NCBI GenBank assembly: GCA_951406725.2
Contig: OX597815.1
Location: 58,404,001-58,468,000, forward strand
DNA length: 64,000 bases
Reading direction: 5' to 3'
DNA from: Octopus vulgaris
Lineage: Eukaryota
Below, in pieces: positions 1-11,385 of this stretch. A model generated the notes under the pieces. That model was not told where the DNA came from, did no database searches, and saw nothing but the letters and a program-made list of their open reading frames with translations. The translations under genes and the position numbers were made by a program. How positions within the stretch are numbered: position 1 is the first letter of the stretch; each line of letters begins with the position of its first letter.

Positions 1-476
1 CAAACACTCACACCCACCACTACTGAAATAGCTAAATCTTATCCAAATTACAGTACCCTCACACATAGTTTGGCAGTTTTGGAAAAACAACACTAATGGG
101 GAGGTGATAGTGGTGAGATTTGATGTAAGAATATTAAATCATTGCTTGGGAAATTATCCTATAACCAATGGATAAAAACAACAAACGAAAGTGAAAAACT
201 GAAATATTGAAAGATAATTGCTTTGAATAAAATATATCAATATTCACCATATACACTTGCATGATGGATACAAATGCACGTATTTGGATATATAATATAT
301 ATATTATAAACCTGTATGTGTATACACATGTGTGTGCAAATAAAGATGTATGTGTGTGTGTGCTAGCAAATATCTCTACGTGTGCATGTGCAAGTAAATA
401 TATATGTGTTTATGTATATGTTATAAAGACTATTTAATTCTGACTGATAATTTATATCAAATATCAAAGTGGACAT

Positions 477-787
477 GGAGGTACAATGGCCCAGTGGTTA
501 GGGCAGCGGACTTGCGATCGTAGGTTCGTGGTTACAATTCCCAGACTGGGCGTTGTAAGTGTTTATTGAGCGAAAACACCCAAAGCTCCACGAGGCTCCG
601 GCAGGGGGTGGCGGCGATCCCTGCAGTACTCTTTTGCAACAACTTTCTCTCACTCTTTCTTCTGTTGGCCTGCTTGCTTAGCCAGCGGGGTGGAATCATT
701 TGAAGGCTAAAACAATACGAAGCACATTGTGACCAGCGATGTGTAGCAACATCTGATAGCCAGGTCAGTCACGGTGATCACAGTGGA
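477..787 (+). mobile_element. tRNA-derived SINE (family A)
   Basis: A-box TGGCCCAGTGGTTAGG and B-box-like GGTTACAATTCCC; reverse-oriented relative at about 26161-26470. Confidence 0.8.
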
Positions 788-1390
788 CACATCTTTGACA
801 TGCTAGAGGACAGTTCAGTTGATGAAAAACTAATAATTTATCCAGCTACTTATCTAGCTGATTCAATCAATGTGTCTGCCTATTTACCTCACTAGGGCAA
901 AAGCCATATCCTCTCTTCTTTTGTCACTTTAGGACAGTCTTTTGTTTAAAAATCCTAACTTGCATCTGAAATTCCTGACTCAACACCTATCTACCTTAAT
1001 GTTTTTCTAAAAACAGACTACCCCATCATAAAAATCTTGAAGCTATGGGATACTGCATGATTAATTGAAAATAATGTGGATAAATAAACATTACATTTAA
1101 CAGAATAATATGAATGCCATATCTTCCCATTGTGTTGTAACCTGATAGCTTAGATCTCTATACAGTTCTCTATACATTTAATGTATAGATTTAATATACA
1201 TCTGAATTAAATGTTACATCTGTTCTTGTCTCTTCAATTTTTAATAGAATATTACAATAATTCTTTTAATATTTTTGTTCATTTTCACCTATGTTTGTTT
1301 ATATCAAACCTTTTCTTATTTTTCACTTTGAAGAAATTATATACCAGGGTTATTATCCACAACATTGGCTGACCAAGACAGTATTCTTAC

Positions 1391-1438
1391 CTTTGTGAAG
1401 AAATTATGTGCCTCCAGCCAGCAGATCTGATGAATCAC
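1391..1438 (-). CDS. Candidate 48-nt frame-preserving alternative microexon of the F-BAR gene
   Basis: tatgctcttaacaatatag|GTG...AAG|gtaaga; open in phase 0 (VIHQICWLEAHNFFTK); strong donor, weak acceptor; I do not recognise the peptide. Confidence 0.35.
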
Positions 1439-1534
1439 CTATATTGTTAAGAGCATAATAGACGCGAAACCAATGGTAATTTTCTGACCAGACATAACTA
1501 ACAACTATGCCAAATATATATATGTATACATGTG

Positions 1535-1581
<47 letters not shown>

Positions 1582-1778
1582 CTATTTTTTAAATATGTAT
1601 GTATACATACATACATCTGTGTGTGTGTGTGTATCTCTTTTATCTTTTACATGTCTCAGTCACTGGACTGAGGCTAAGTTGGTTGGGAACCAAACCTATT
1701 ACAGAGTTGTGTGTGTGTGCATGTGTATACTGATGGATATATGTATGTCTTTGTATAAATATAAGTATATACACACAT

Positions 1779-1936
1779 ATAGGTGTGGCTGTGTGGTAAG
1801 AAGCTTGCTTCCCAACCACATGGTTCCAGGTTCAGTCCCACTGTATGGCACTTTGGCAAAGGTCTTCTACCTTTGCCTTGGGCTGACCAAAGCCTTGTGA
1901 ATGGATTTGGTAGACGGAAACTGAAAGATGCCTGTC
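1779..1936 (+). mobile_element. tRNA-derived SINE (family B), 5' part
   Basis: GTGGCTGTGTGGTAAGAAGCTTGCTTCCCAACCACATGGTTCCAGGTTCAGTCCC head shared with many copies in the window. Confidence 0.85.
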
Positions 1937-2101
1937 ATATATATATATATATATATATATATTCATATTCAGGGCAAATGAGTAATGTACTTACTCGCTT
2001 GCCCTGTATATTAATTTATAAATTTATAAATTTTACCTTAATCGGTTTATCACATGCAAACTACTTGATAAAATCATATATAGATTCTATCCTGAATTTT
2101 A

Positions 2102-2161
<60 letters not shown>

Positions 2162-2164
<3 letters not shown>

Positions 2165-2553
2165 CACAGGAGTGACTGTGTGATAAGTAGCTTGCTTACC
2201 AACCACATGGTTCCAGGTTCAGTCCCACTGCGTGGCACCTTGGGCAAGTGTCTTCTACTATAGCCTTGGGTCGACCAAAGCCTTGTGAGTGAATTTGGTA
2301 GACGGAAACTGAAAGAAGCCCGTCGTATATATGTATATATATATGTGTGTGTGTGTGTGTATGTTTGTGTGTCTGTGATTGTCCCCCCAACATCGCTTGA
2401 CAACTGATGCTGGTGTGTTTACGTCCCCGTAACTTAGCAGTTCGGCAAAAGTGACCGATAGAATAAGTACTAGGCTTATAAAGAATAAGTCCTGGGGTCG
2501 ATTTGCTCGACTAAAGGCAGTGCCACAGTCAAATGACTGAAACAAGTAAAAGA
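2162..2553 (+). mobile_element. tRNA-derived SINE (family B), full length
   Basis: Head, internal (TA/TG)n and tail GTCAAATGACTGAAACAAGTAAAAGAG; near-identical to 6172-6567 and 59932-60389. Confidence 0.9.
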
Positions 2554-2579
2554 GTATATATATAGGCATGATAAACCAT

Positions 2580-4750
2580 GCCTCCATGATCCCAGAGCAT
2601 GGTGGAAAAAATAAAGGATCAAACAGGAATGGGAAAAAAACGGAGTGGACTTGGACAGGAAATGGACAACAAGAAAGGAAGCGGTAAGGGAATGGTAGAT
2701 GAGGAAATCAGTTGCTGCAGGAAGGTGTTTGCTAATTCACCAAGGGAAGGTGTGTAAGAGGAAAGTAATTCAACACCGTGGGTTGAAAAACCATAAGACG
2801 TATGGCCAGAACCTCCTGGAAAGAAACCAATAGCGAGAGTCATTCCACAGTTGAATCGGAACAACCAAGAAAAGTGATAGGCATGAGGAAGCCAAAGATA
2901 AAGTGGCCAAAAGCAAATGATGCAGCGAGCTATAAAAAATTCAATGATGAGGTAGCAAGAATGATCACCAAATTCAAAGGAGATGATGAGCAAAAGCTCG
3001 AGAACTTGACTAATATAATCTACCAGGAAGAAGAGAAAAGATTTGGACTTGGAACAACAGGCAATGTAGAATCATCAGCAAAGGGTGGACCATTGAGGAG
3101 AGAAAGACGGATGAGAAAGATACGAGAAGAGAAGAAAAAACTCAGAACCAGATGGAGGAATGCAAAGGAGGAGGAAAGGGAAGGGTTAAAGCATCTATAT
3201 GAAGAGATAAAAAAGAGGCATCGAGAACTACTAAGAAAAGAAAGAAGGAAGAACAGAAGAAAGGAGAGAGAAATGAACTATCGTAGCTTTGTAAACAACC
3301 CATACCAATATGCGAAACGTTTCTTTAGTGAAAGTAAAAGCAGAAGTATGGATTGTACGAAAGAGGAGCTCGAATGCCTCTTAAGTGTCTTTTAAAGAGA
3401 CATACAGTGACTCTGGCAGAAATAAAGTACTCCCAGAAATGCACAGGCTGAAGAAACCACTTGAACCAAGCATAACATTCGATTCGAGTGACATCAGACG
3501 AAAAGAAAAGCCCATCTTATTAGTTTGTCCAACCTCTCTAACATTCCATCTGCTGCTTCTCTACTTTCTGATAATACAGTAACATTATCCATAAAAGCCC
3601 TTAATGGTGTCATTTTTCATAAGAAAAGCAAGAGCAAAAAGTTCACCAGGGAACAACAGAATGAGCTACAAGGTGTATAAGTATTGCCTGAAATTACGTT
3701 TGCAGGTGTTTACACTGTTAAGAGAAATGTGGAAAAAGAATGATGTAGCGGAGTGATGGTGTATAGCTGAAGGTATCTATTTACCTAAAGAGAAAGATGC
3801 AAAAATACTAGGGCAATTCAGACCCATTTCATTATTAAATACTGATAGGAAAATTATGTTTGGAATTATTGCTAGACGAATCATAAGATTCATACATCAT
3901 AATGGATATGTTAATGAAGCAATCCAAAAAGCAGGTATCCCTGGAATCCCTAGGTGCATAGAACTTGCATTTGCCATCTGAGAAGCTAACACCAGTACAA
4001 AACAACTGAAGAAAAACCTGTACATTGTATGCTAGATCTTGCCAGTGCATATGGATCTGTTCCATGCGCACTAATTCAAGCAGCTATGGACTTCTTTTGG
4101 ATTCCAGAAGATGTTCAACAAATGCTCATGTGTTACTACAACAACTTGAGGATGAGATTTAGAGCAGGAAAGTTCATAACGGAGTGGCAACGGCTTGAAG
4201 TAGGTATTGCTGCTGGATGCACGATATCAGTGATCCTATTTGTGCTAGTCATGGAGATGTTACTAAGATCAACAAACTGAGAAATCTGTTACAAAGACAC
4301 CATTAAGGGCTTTTATGGATAATGTTACTGTATTATCAGAAAGTAGAGAAGCAGCAGATGGAATGTTAAGAGTGGCTGGATGAGAATGAAATTCAAAGTA
4401 AAAGAATCTCAGAGCATGGCTTTCATGAAAGGAGTGCGAAAAGAAGTGAAATTCAGGACAGCAGGTGAAGATATACCAACAGTGAAAGAACAACCAGTAA
4501 AAAGTTTCGGCAGATGGTACAGAGATTTACTAAATGATAAGCTGCAAAGCAAAGAAACACACAATTTAATGGAACAAGGACTAAAGGCAATTGACAGAAC
4601 AACATTACTGGGAAAATTCAAATGTTGGATACTGCAATTTGGACTGTATCCAAGGATAATGTAGCCACTTCAAATGTATGAAATAGCCTTGAGTAGAGTA
4701 GAAAGGATGGAACAAAGATGCAGTGTCTTTATCAGAAAATGGCTCCAATC
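2580..4750 (+). mobile_element. Decayed RLE-type non-LTR retrotransposon (Hero-clade-like), RT region
   Basis: FRPISLLN, LDLASAYGSVP, GIAAGCTISVILFVLVMEM, AFMD, EQPVKSFGRWY, LLGKFKCWILQFGLYPRIM; several stops and frameshifts. Confidence 0.8.
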
Positions 4751-6171
4751 ATGAATCAAAACAAACTGACTATTTAGTTTTGTTTATCCCAAAATAATAT
4801 GAAAATGGGACTCATCACTATGCAAAATATATAAATGAAAGAAAAAGAATTGGATAAAATTGCTGCATTTTTACTAAAAATGTATGATGAGCATTTAGCT
4901 GCATTATTTATTATCTAACGACAAATTTAATATGTTAATATTTAAACAAGATTTAAACAACTCTTCAAATTTCAGATGCTACCTCTACTTAGCTTAATTA
5001 CAGTAGTTATTAGAGAAATTACATGATCAATTTATAGAAGAGCATTTACTGTGTTCAAAATATCAACTTAATACTTTAAGAAATAAGAAAAGTTATGGAT
5101 GTTTTATGAAACCAAATACACAATTATTTTAGAATTTAACTTGAATCACATAGAGAGTGTACTTTAGTTAGAAATATAGTAATGAAAGGGTTAAATGTTA
5201 AATAAATTATCAATAACAATTTATTATTCTAAAGTACAACACAAATGAGAATACACGAATGAAGCAGAGAATACAATGGAAATTAAACACTATCTGTTGC
5301 TATTAAAAAGCCAGGCATGTTCCCATGTCATACAGTTAATTACTATATCAATAACAGAAACATATAAACCTAGATTCCACTAATACAGAATAAAGAATAG
5401 CTGATCAGAAATAAAAACATCTATATTCAGCTGATTGGAAGAAACAATATAGTGTAACAGAGAATATTCATTGGCTCTCTGAAGTTTACACACTGCAGAA
5501 CAATAGGAGCTTGGAGCTCTTCATTTCTGCTTTCAATGCCTACACTCATGCAACTGCTTTGGAGTTTTGTAGAATAACTTTTGCAATTATGAGTTATAAT
5601 AACAATATTGCTTTCATCAATTTCAAAGTAAACAACACAAAATTCTCATGGCACCAGTCTTTTTGCTTATCAGTTAACCTTATAAACATACTATATATGC
5701 TCAACACTGACAACATAGTTTTGCTAATTTGAAATATGGTTGATTATTAAGAACTTGAAATCTTACAATCAAAAAGTATTAATTCATGTCTTTATTCACC
5801 TCAATCTACTTGAGTGGCTAGCATCCATATGTCATCCATTAACAATCTACATAATATCCAAATTTTCAGGACTTTATTACCCATACAAGCATGAAAAATC
5901 AAAAGAAAAACCCGAAGGGAAAAAATTGTTATCTATTTACTAATTATAACAATTGATAAAATCTTGAGGCATAATTTGTATTTTATAAGAAAATAGAGAA
6001 GTAAAATGGCCTGGTGAAATAAGGTTTCCAGTACACATTTTGTGAATTTAAATCCTGTCACTATGTCCAATTGTGTCTCTTTCAGATGCATTTCATTTAA
6101 TCACTAAGTATACTTATTATGAGAATAGATGCTAGATCTTTATTAAAAGGCTGCATGCAAGAGTGGCCAAT

Positions 6172-6567
6172 AGGCACAGGAGTGGCTGTGTGATGAGAAG
6201 CTTGCTTCCCAACCACATGGTTCCTGGTTCAGTCTCACTGCATGGCATCTTGGGGAGTGTCTTCTACTATAGCCTTGGGCAGACCAAAGCCTTGTGAGTG
6301 GATTTGGTAGACGGAAACTGAAAGAAACCCGGTGTATGTATGTATATAGATATATATTTATTTGTGTGTGTGTCAGTGTTTGTCCCCCCCACCATCACCT
6401 GACAACCAATGCTGGTATGTTTATGTCCCCGTAACTTAGTGGTTCAGGGAAAGAGACCAACAGAATAAGTACTAGGCTTACAAAGAATAAATCCTGGGGT
6501 CGATTTGTTCAACTAAAGGCAGTGCTCCAGCATGGTTGCAGTCAAATGACTGAAACAAGTAAAAGAA
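6172..6567 (+). mobile_element. tRNA-derived SINE (family B)
   Basis: Same head, body and tail as 2162-2553. Confidence 0.9.
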
Positions 6568-6756
6568 TATCATATCTGAGAAGAGATTGTTTCCATCTAA
6601 GTTATGCTAAAGACAGTAAAGTTAATCTTAAATGTTATCCTTCCTGAAAGTATTATTTTCTATTTTTTATGACAAAATGGTTTAGAAAGTTACAAACAGA
6701 ATTTGCAAATACATTGCGAGATTTTAATAAATATATGCAACATACTATGATCTCAC

Positions 6757-6885
6757 CTGAAATACATTAGGAAGTAAATGAGAATAATATTCTCTTTGAT
6801 GTTTATTTGTAACTTCCAGCTGGGCAGCATAATCATTCTTACACTCTTCTGAAATCTGTGTCTTCGATATTGATAAATTTTTTTG
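6757..6885 (-). CDS. FNBP1L: F-BAR protein, 129-nt exon (exon 7 equivalent)
   Basis: ttgattttctag|CAA...CAG|gtgaga; QKNLSISKTQISEECKNDYAAQLEVTNKHQREYYSHLLPNVFQ matches the KN.YA.QL..TN..Q..YY...LP.VFQ helix. Confidence 0.95.
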
Positions 6886-7098
6886 CTAGAAAATCAAAGT
6901 TAAGATAAAAATACATATACAATGATATCTTAACAAGCAACAAAATATCAAATCAAAATTATTTTTACTTAAAACAATTAAAAACACACTATTAAAGTCA
7001 TTTAAGTATTGGATAAATATATTATTTTGTGAGTTTAAATTTACAACAAACATTTCACGTCATTGTTTATGAACAGAACACACAACTCTTAGTTCATT

Positions 7099-7327
7099 TA
7101 ACCCTTTTGATACTAACCCACCTGAAACCGCCTCTAGCTCTATAGTACAAATGTCTTGTTTTGGATAGTTCTGAATTAAAATTTTCCATCAAACCTTAGT
7201 CACAATTCATGTTCCGAACACTAGCTTAATGATAACTAGGTTACTTTACTAAATTCTTTCTTATACTTAAAATTAATTGAAAGAAACACAGAGCATCACA
7301 ACAGAAATATGGTAACAAAAGGGTTGA
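7099..7327. mobile_element. piggyBac-type MITE
   Basis: TTAA-CCCTTTTGATAC...GTAACAAAAGGG-TTGA; related ends at about 9846 and 25493. Confidence 0.7.
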
Positions 7328-7634
7328 ATGTTGGGAATGTGTATGGTCCTCTGAGAACACTATTAGACTTCGTACTATCCTGAGAGTGGAATGCCACACT
7401 TGAAAATCATGTAGAAGCTTGATCTACAAGAACACTAGGGACTGTCTTTGAGTCACCAATATCATAAGGCTTTTCTTTTCATGTTGACTATATTACATTA
7501 ACATTTAACAACTTCCTATTCATTATTCAGAAAAGTATATAGGATATATACATATATAGGCATAAATGTGGGGTGAATTTGCTTTCCAACCACATGGTTC
7601 TAGTTTCAGTCTCACTGCATGACACTTGGGATTA

Positions 7635-8783
7635 TCTTTATATATATAAAACTGAGAATGTGTGTCTGTCTGTGTGTTTCCCTAAAACTTGAGAACTACA
7701 CAACCAATTCCATTCAAATTTTACACATGCCTTACTTAGGGTCCGGGGAATGTCATCAGCAAAAGAAGTTTTGAACTTTTTGCCTAGGGCGAGCCCACAG
7801 CAATATCATATCTTCTCCACTACGATTCCCTAAAACTTGAGAACTACACAACCAGTTCCATTCAAATTTTACAAAAGCCTTACTTAGGGTCCATGTAGTT
7901 TCATGGGCAAAAAAAAAAATGTTCAACTTCTTGCCTAGCAATATCATATCTTCTCCACTATTTCAGTATTACGTATTAAAAGTGAAACAAAAACGTTTCT
8001 CTATTTTATGTCAGATACTTTCACTTTAACAATAAAAATAATAATAATAACAATTGAATTATATGTAGTAAGTAATAATTAAAATCAAACTAAAGTAACA
8101 TAACAAAAGTAAAAATAGCAATTGGTATAAAATTGCATCAATGACTTGAACAAGTGGTTTCACATGAATGGGAATAAATTAAAAATAAAATTAGCATGCA
8201 GAAATGGAATAGTCCAGATGGATAATAAAAAATTAAATTAAAGAAAAGACTATTGTCTATAAAGTATACAATGTAGAGAAAAAAGAAGATTTGAACACAT
8301 GGAGGAAAGCACCTTCGAAAAGTGTCTTGGTGCAACTATGAAAGGTATCTAATCAAAGGCGGTAAATTCGCCACAATAGAAGCAAGGTTCGAGTCAACGG
8401 AGCGTGCAAGGGAGTACTCGACTCGAACTTGCAAAGTGGAAATATTTTATTTTTACCTTTATATCTGGGACGTAGGATGTCCTCGAAAAAAATTTTTAAT
8501 GCCCCCCCCCCCCCTTCCCGAAGTAGAGGTAGGCTGGATTGTAGCCACACTTCTATACAAGAGGGAGGACAAGATACAATTGATCGAAATTACAAGAGAC
8601 AGGCTAACAATTCCAGTCTGTTATATATTTTGAGTATTGTTATCACTAGCGATATCAAGATATAATTTTGTATTTTATGTGTAGATGTATATATATAGAT
8701 GTACATGTAATATGTACACATATATATACACATATATACATGCACTAGCACTATGACCCGGCAACGACGGGTCTTTAATGCTA

Positions 8784-8784
<1 letters not shown>
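7635..8784 (+). mobile_element. Non-autonomous Helitron inserted into a SINE
   Basis: 5' A|TCTTTATATATATAAAACTGAG; 3' hairpin GACCCG...CGGGTC (8755-8773) then CTAG|T; internal direct repeat 7679-7744/7828-7892; host SINE halves at about 7558-7630 and 8824-9140. Confidence 0.85.
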
Positions 8785-8824
<40 letters not shown>

Positions 8825-9845
8825 CTTGAGCTGACCAAAACCTTGAGAGTGGATTTGGTAGGCAGAAGCTGAGAGAAACCTGCTGTGCATGCATGCGTGT
8901 GTGTGTGACTTCTTATCTTGACATTATGTAATAGTTGTAAAGTGAGTGGCACTATCAAACAAGTAGTTTCATTTATTTCCAACATTCTGAGAACATGTCT
9001 GATCATGGGGAAGTATTTACTTTGCTTGGAAACAAATGAGAGCTGGTGGCAGAAAGTGCATTCAGCCATAGATAATTTGCCTCAATAAACTCTGTTCAAC
9101 CTACATCTGTATGGAAAAGTGGTCATTAAAATGAGGATGAATATATACAGGATAAGCAGATGGTGGTAAATATTAAATCTTTCTTTGGTAAAGAATATAC
9201 CACCCAATATAGGTTTACTGACTAGAAACTCTACAACAAGAGCTAGACAAAAGATATTCTGGAGAATGACGGCATGGAAACTGAAACATCCTTCTCCTAA
9301 ATATATGTTCAGAGCTATTCCACATGAAAAAGAAGGGGAAACAAAAATCTATAACTGGGAGATTTTATGATGCAGCCTATTGAAAGCTAGACCAGAACTG
9401 TAACTGGAGCAATGTACCAATCAAATGTAAGCTAGCATGATAGTGGTGGAATTCCTTTATCTTTCATTGCTCTATTGACAGAGGAATGAAAGACAAAAGA
9501 AGGCATGGTGAGACTGGAAAGAAAGGGCTAGCAAACAACTACATCATGTAGCAAAGAGAGAAGCAATCAACAAGTGAAGGTAAGTAGTTAGCCATTGTTC
9601 TGTGAAAAGAAAATGCATGAGTTGTCCCAGATTGTAAATCAGGGTAAATCAAAACATTGTTGGGAAAAAGTGGTTTCAAATTGATAGTGGTGCATTATCC
9701 TCGATAATGAGGAGAAAAGGCTTAGAAATGTTATTACAAAAGGATGTTAACAGTGGAAAATGTGTAGGAAGAAAAGGAACTACTTCAATTATGCACAACA
9801 AAGGGACTAGCTACTGAAATAGATCATTATATGGTTAAAATAGCT

Positions 9846-11385
9846 GTTAACTCTTTCATTGTTAACTGCCTGAGAATATTTTTAGCTTGCTACCAACCTG
9901 CCCAAGACTGCCTACATAACTAATTCATATTTAAATGAGAATTTCAGTGCAGATCTCACTAGTACGTTTATGAAAACATGTGATTTAACTATGTAAACAC
10001 TTGAGTTTAGTGTTTGGTATGAATTTTTGGAGATTTTTTTCTCCCACATTATAACAAATCAATTTTCTGCAATTTTTTTACTACTAACAAAAGAATGGAT
10101 ATTAGTTTCATGTTCTCAAGCAGAAATCTGAATTGGAAGGATTTTCAAAAGATGACATGGAGAAATCTAACAAAATATACAAAAAGCATAGAAGCCATGT
10201 GTGTGAATTAGATGTTTTGATTTCACAACAACTGTGATAATGATAAAGGAAACAAATTTTTATTTGAATGAAGTAAGAATTTGAAAACTTTTTCTCTTAC
10301 TGATTTTTCAGGAAAGACTGGACCTAGCCATAGTCTTTCCAACAAAATGAAACAATTAAGACTTTTTTAAAATTTTTTCCTCTTAGATCAAGGAGTTATT
10401 TCATCATTTAAATCTTACTATCCCTGTTTCACCTTTGAAAGACTCATTGAAGTGACCGATAAAGAAAATGGTCCCATGATTCAAGAATTTTGCATCCTTG
10501 ATGCAATAAAATTGATAAAGAAAACATAGGATAAAATCGCCATAAAGAACATGAGACGAATTTGGAAAATCTCTGCCCCAAATTAATTTTGAAGGATTTT
10601 AAGGTCTTCAAAATTTCACCTGACAGCAATGAAGAATTGCTAGAAATGGAAATGTTTGAATGTGAAGAATATGAAGAAGGAGGAGGAGGAGGAGGAGGAA
10701 GAAATACCTGAAAGATGCTTCTCTGCAAAAAAAAAAAAAAAAGCTAAATGAAGCTATTCTTCACATTGAAAAATTAATAATACTAAAAATTAATATAAGC
10801 AGCTAGGTACAATGTAATACCGTAAAGGAAAAATTCAATCATCACTAAGTGATAATATCCAAACCCCACATCATATTTCAAACAATAACTGCAGAACATA
10901 AAAGGGGAAAGAGCTTGTTCCCTCACATGCCTGGAAGAAATACAAGCATTTCTTTTGTTTGTATTACAAACTACTACAATAATAATGAACCTTTTGGAGA
11001 CCAGTATGTTTCCATGACAAAAACATGATATTAATGCAGTATTTACATATAAGAGACACTAACAGAACACCAGTACATAGAGAAACAAAGTTTGATCCCT
11101 TATTTAGAATAAGACCCTCACTAATTGTGTTCAAAAGTCATGTAAAACCTTCTACAAACCTGGGTGACACTTATTCATTAGTGAAGGTATGGTAGGTTGT
11201 AAAGGTTCAGTATGTTTCCAACAATACATGCCAGAAAACCCCACAAAATGGGGATGAAAATCTAAAAGATTTGTGAGATGAATACTGGGTACTGTTGCAG
11301 GTTTATTAGTTGTAGAGGCAAACAAGACATTAGTGTAAGCTGGCATGGCCTAAGGTATGATGTGGGGTTTGGATATTATCACTTA
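9846..11385 (+). mobile_element. Decayed piggyBac transposase fragment
   Basis: FYKPG*HLFISEGMVGCKGSVCFQQYMPENPTKWG and HGLRYDV motifs; interrupted by an inverted duplication at 10386-10875. Confidence 0.7.

Noticed and set aside
477-560. tRNA-like A/B boxes
   Set aside because: SINE head continuing into a repeat body; no complete cloverleaf.
1404-2587. ORFs rich in YI/HT/CV repeats (also 58513-58752 and 59920-60398)
   Set aside because: Translations of (TA)n/(CA)n microsatellites and SINEs; not genes.
5461-5960. Non-repetitive stretch with AG/GT pairs, examined as the next F-BAR exon
   Set aside because: Phase-0 frames hit stops and there is no LQ.MDE.R-like motif; the next exon probably lies left of the window.
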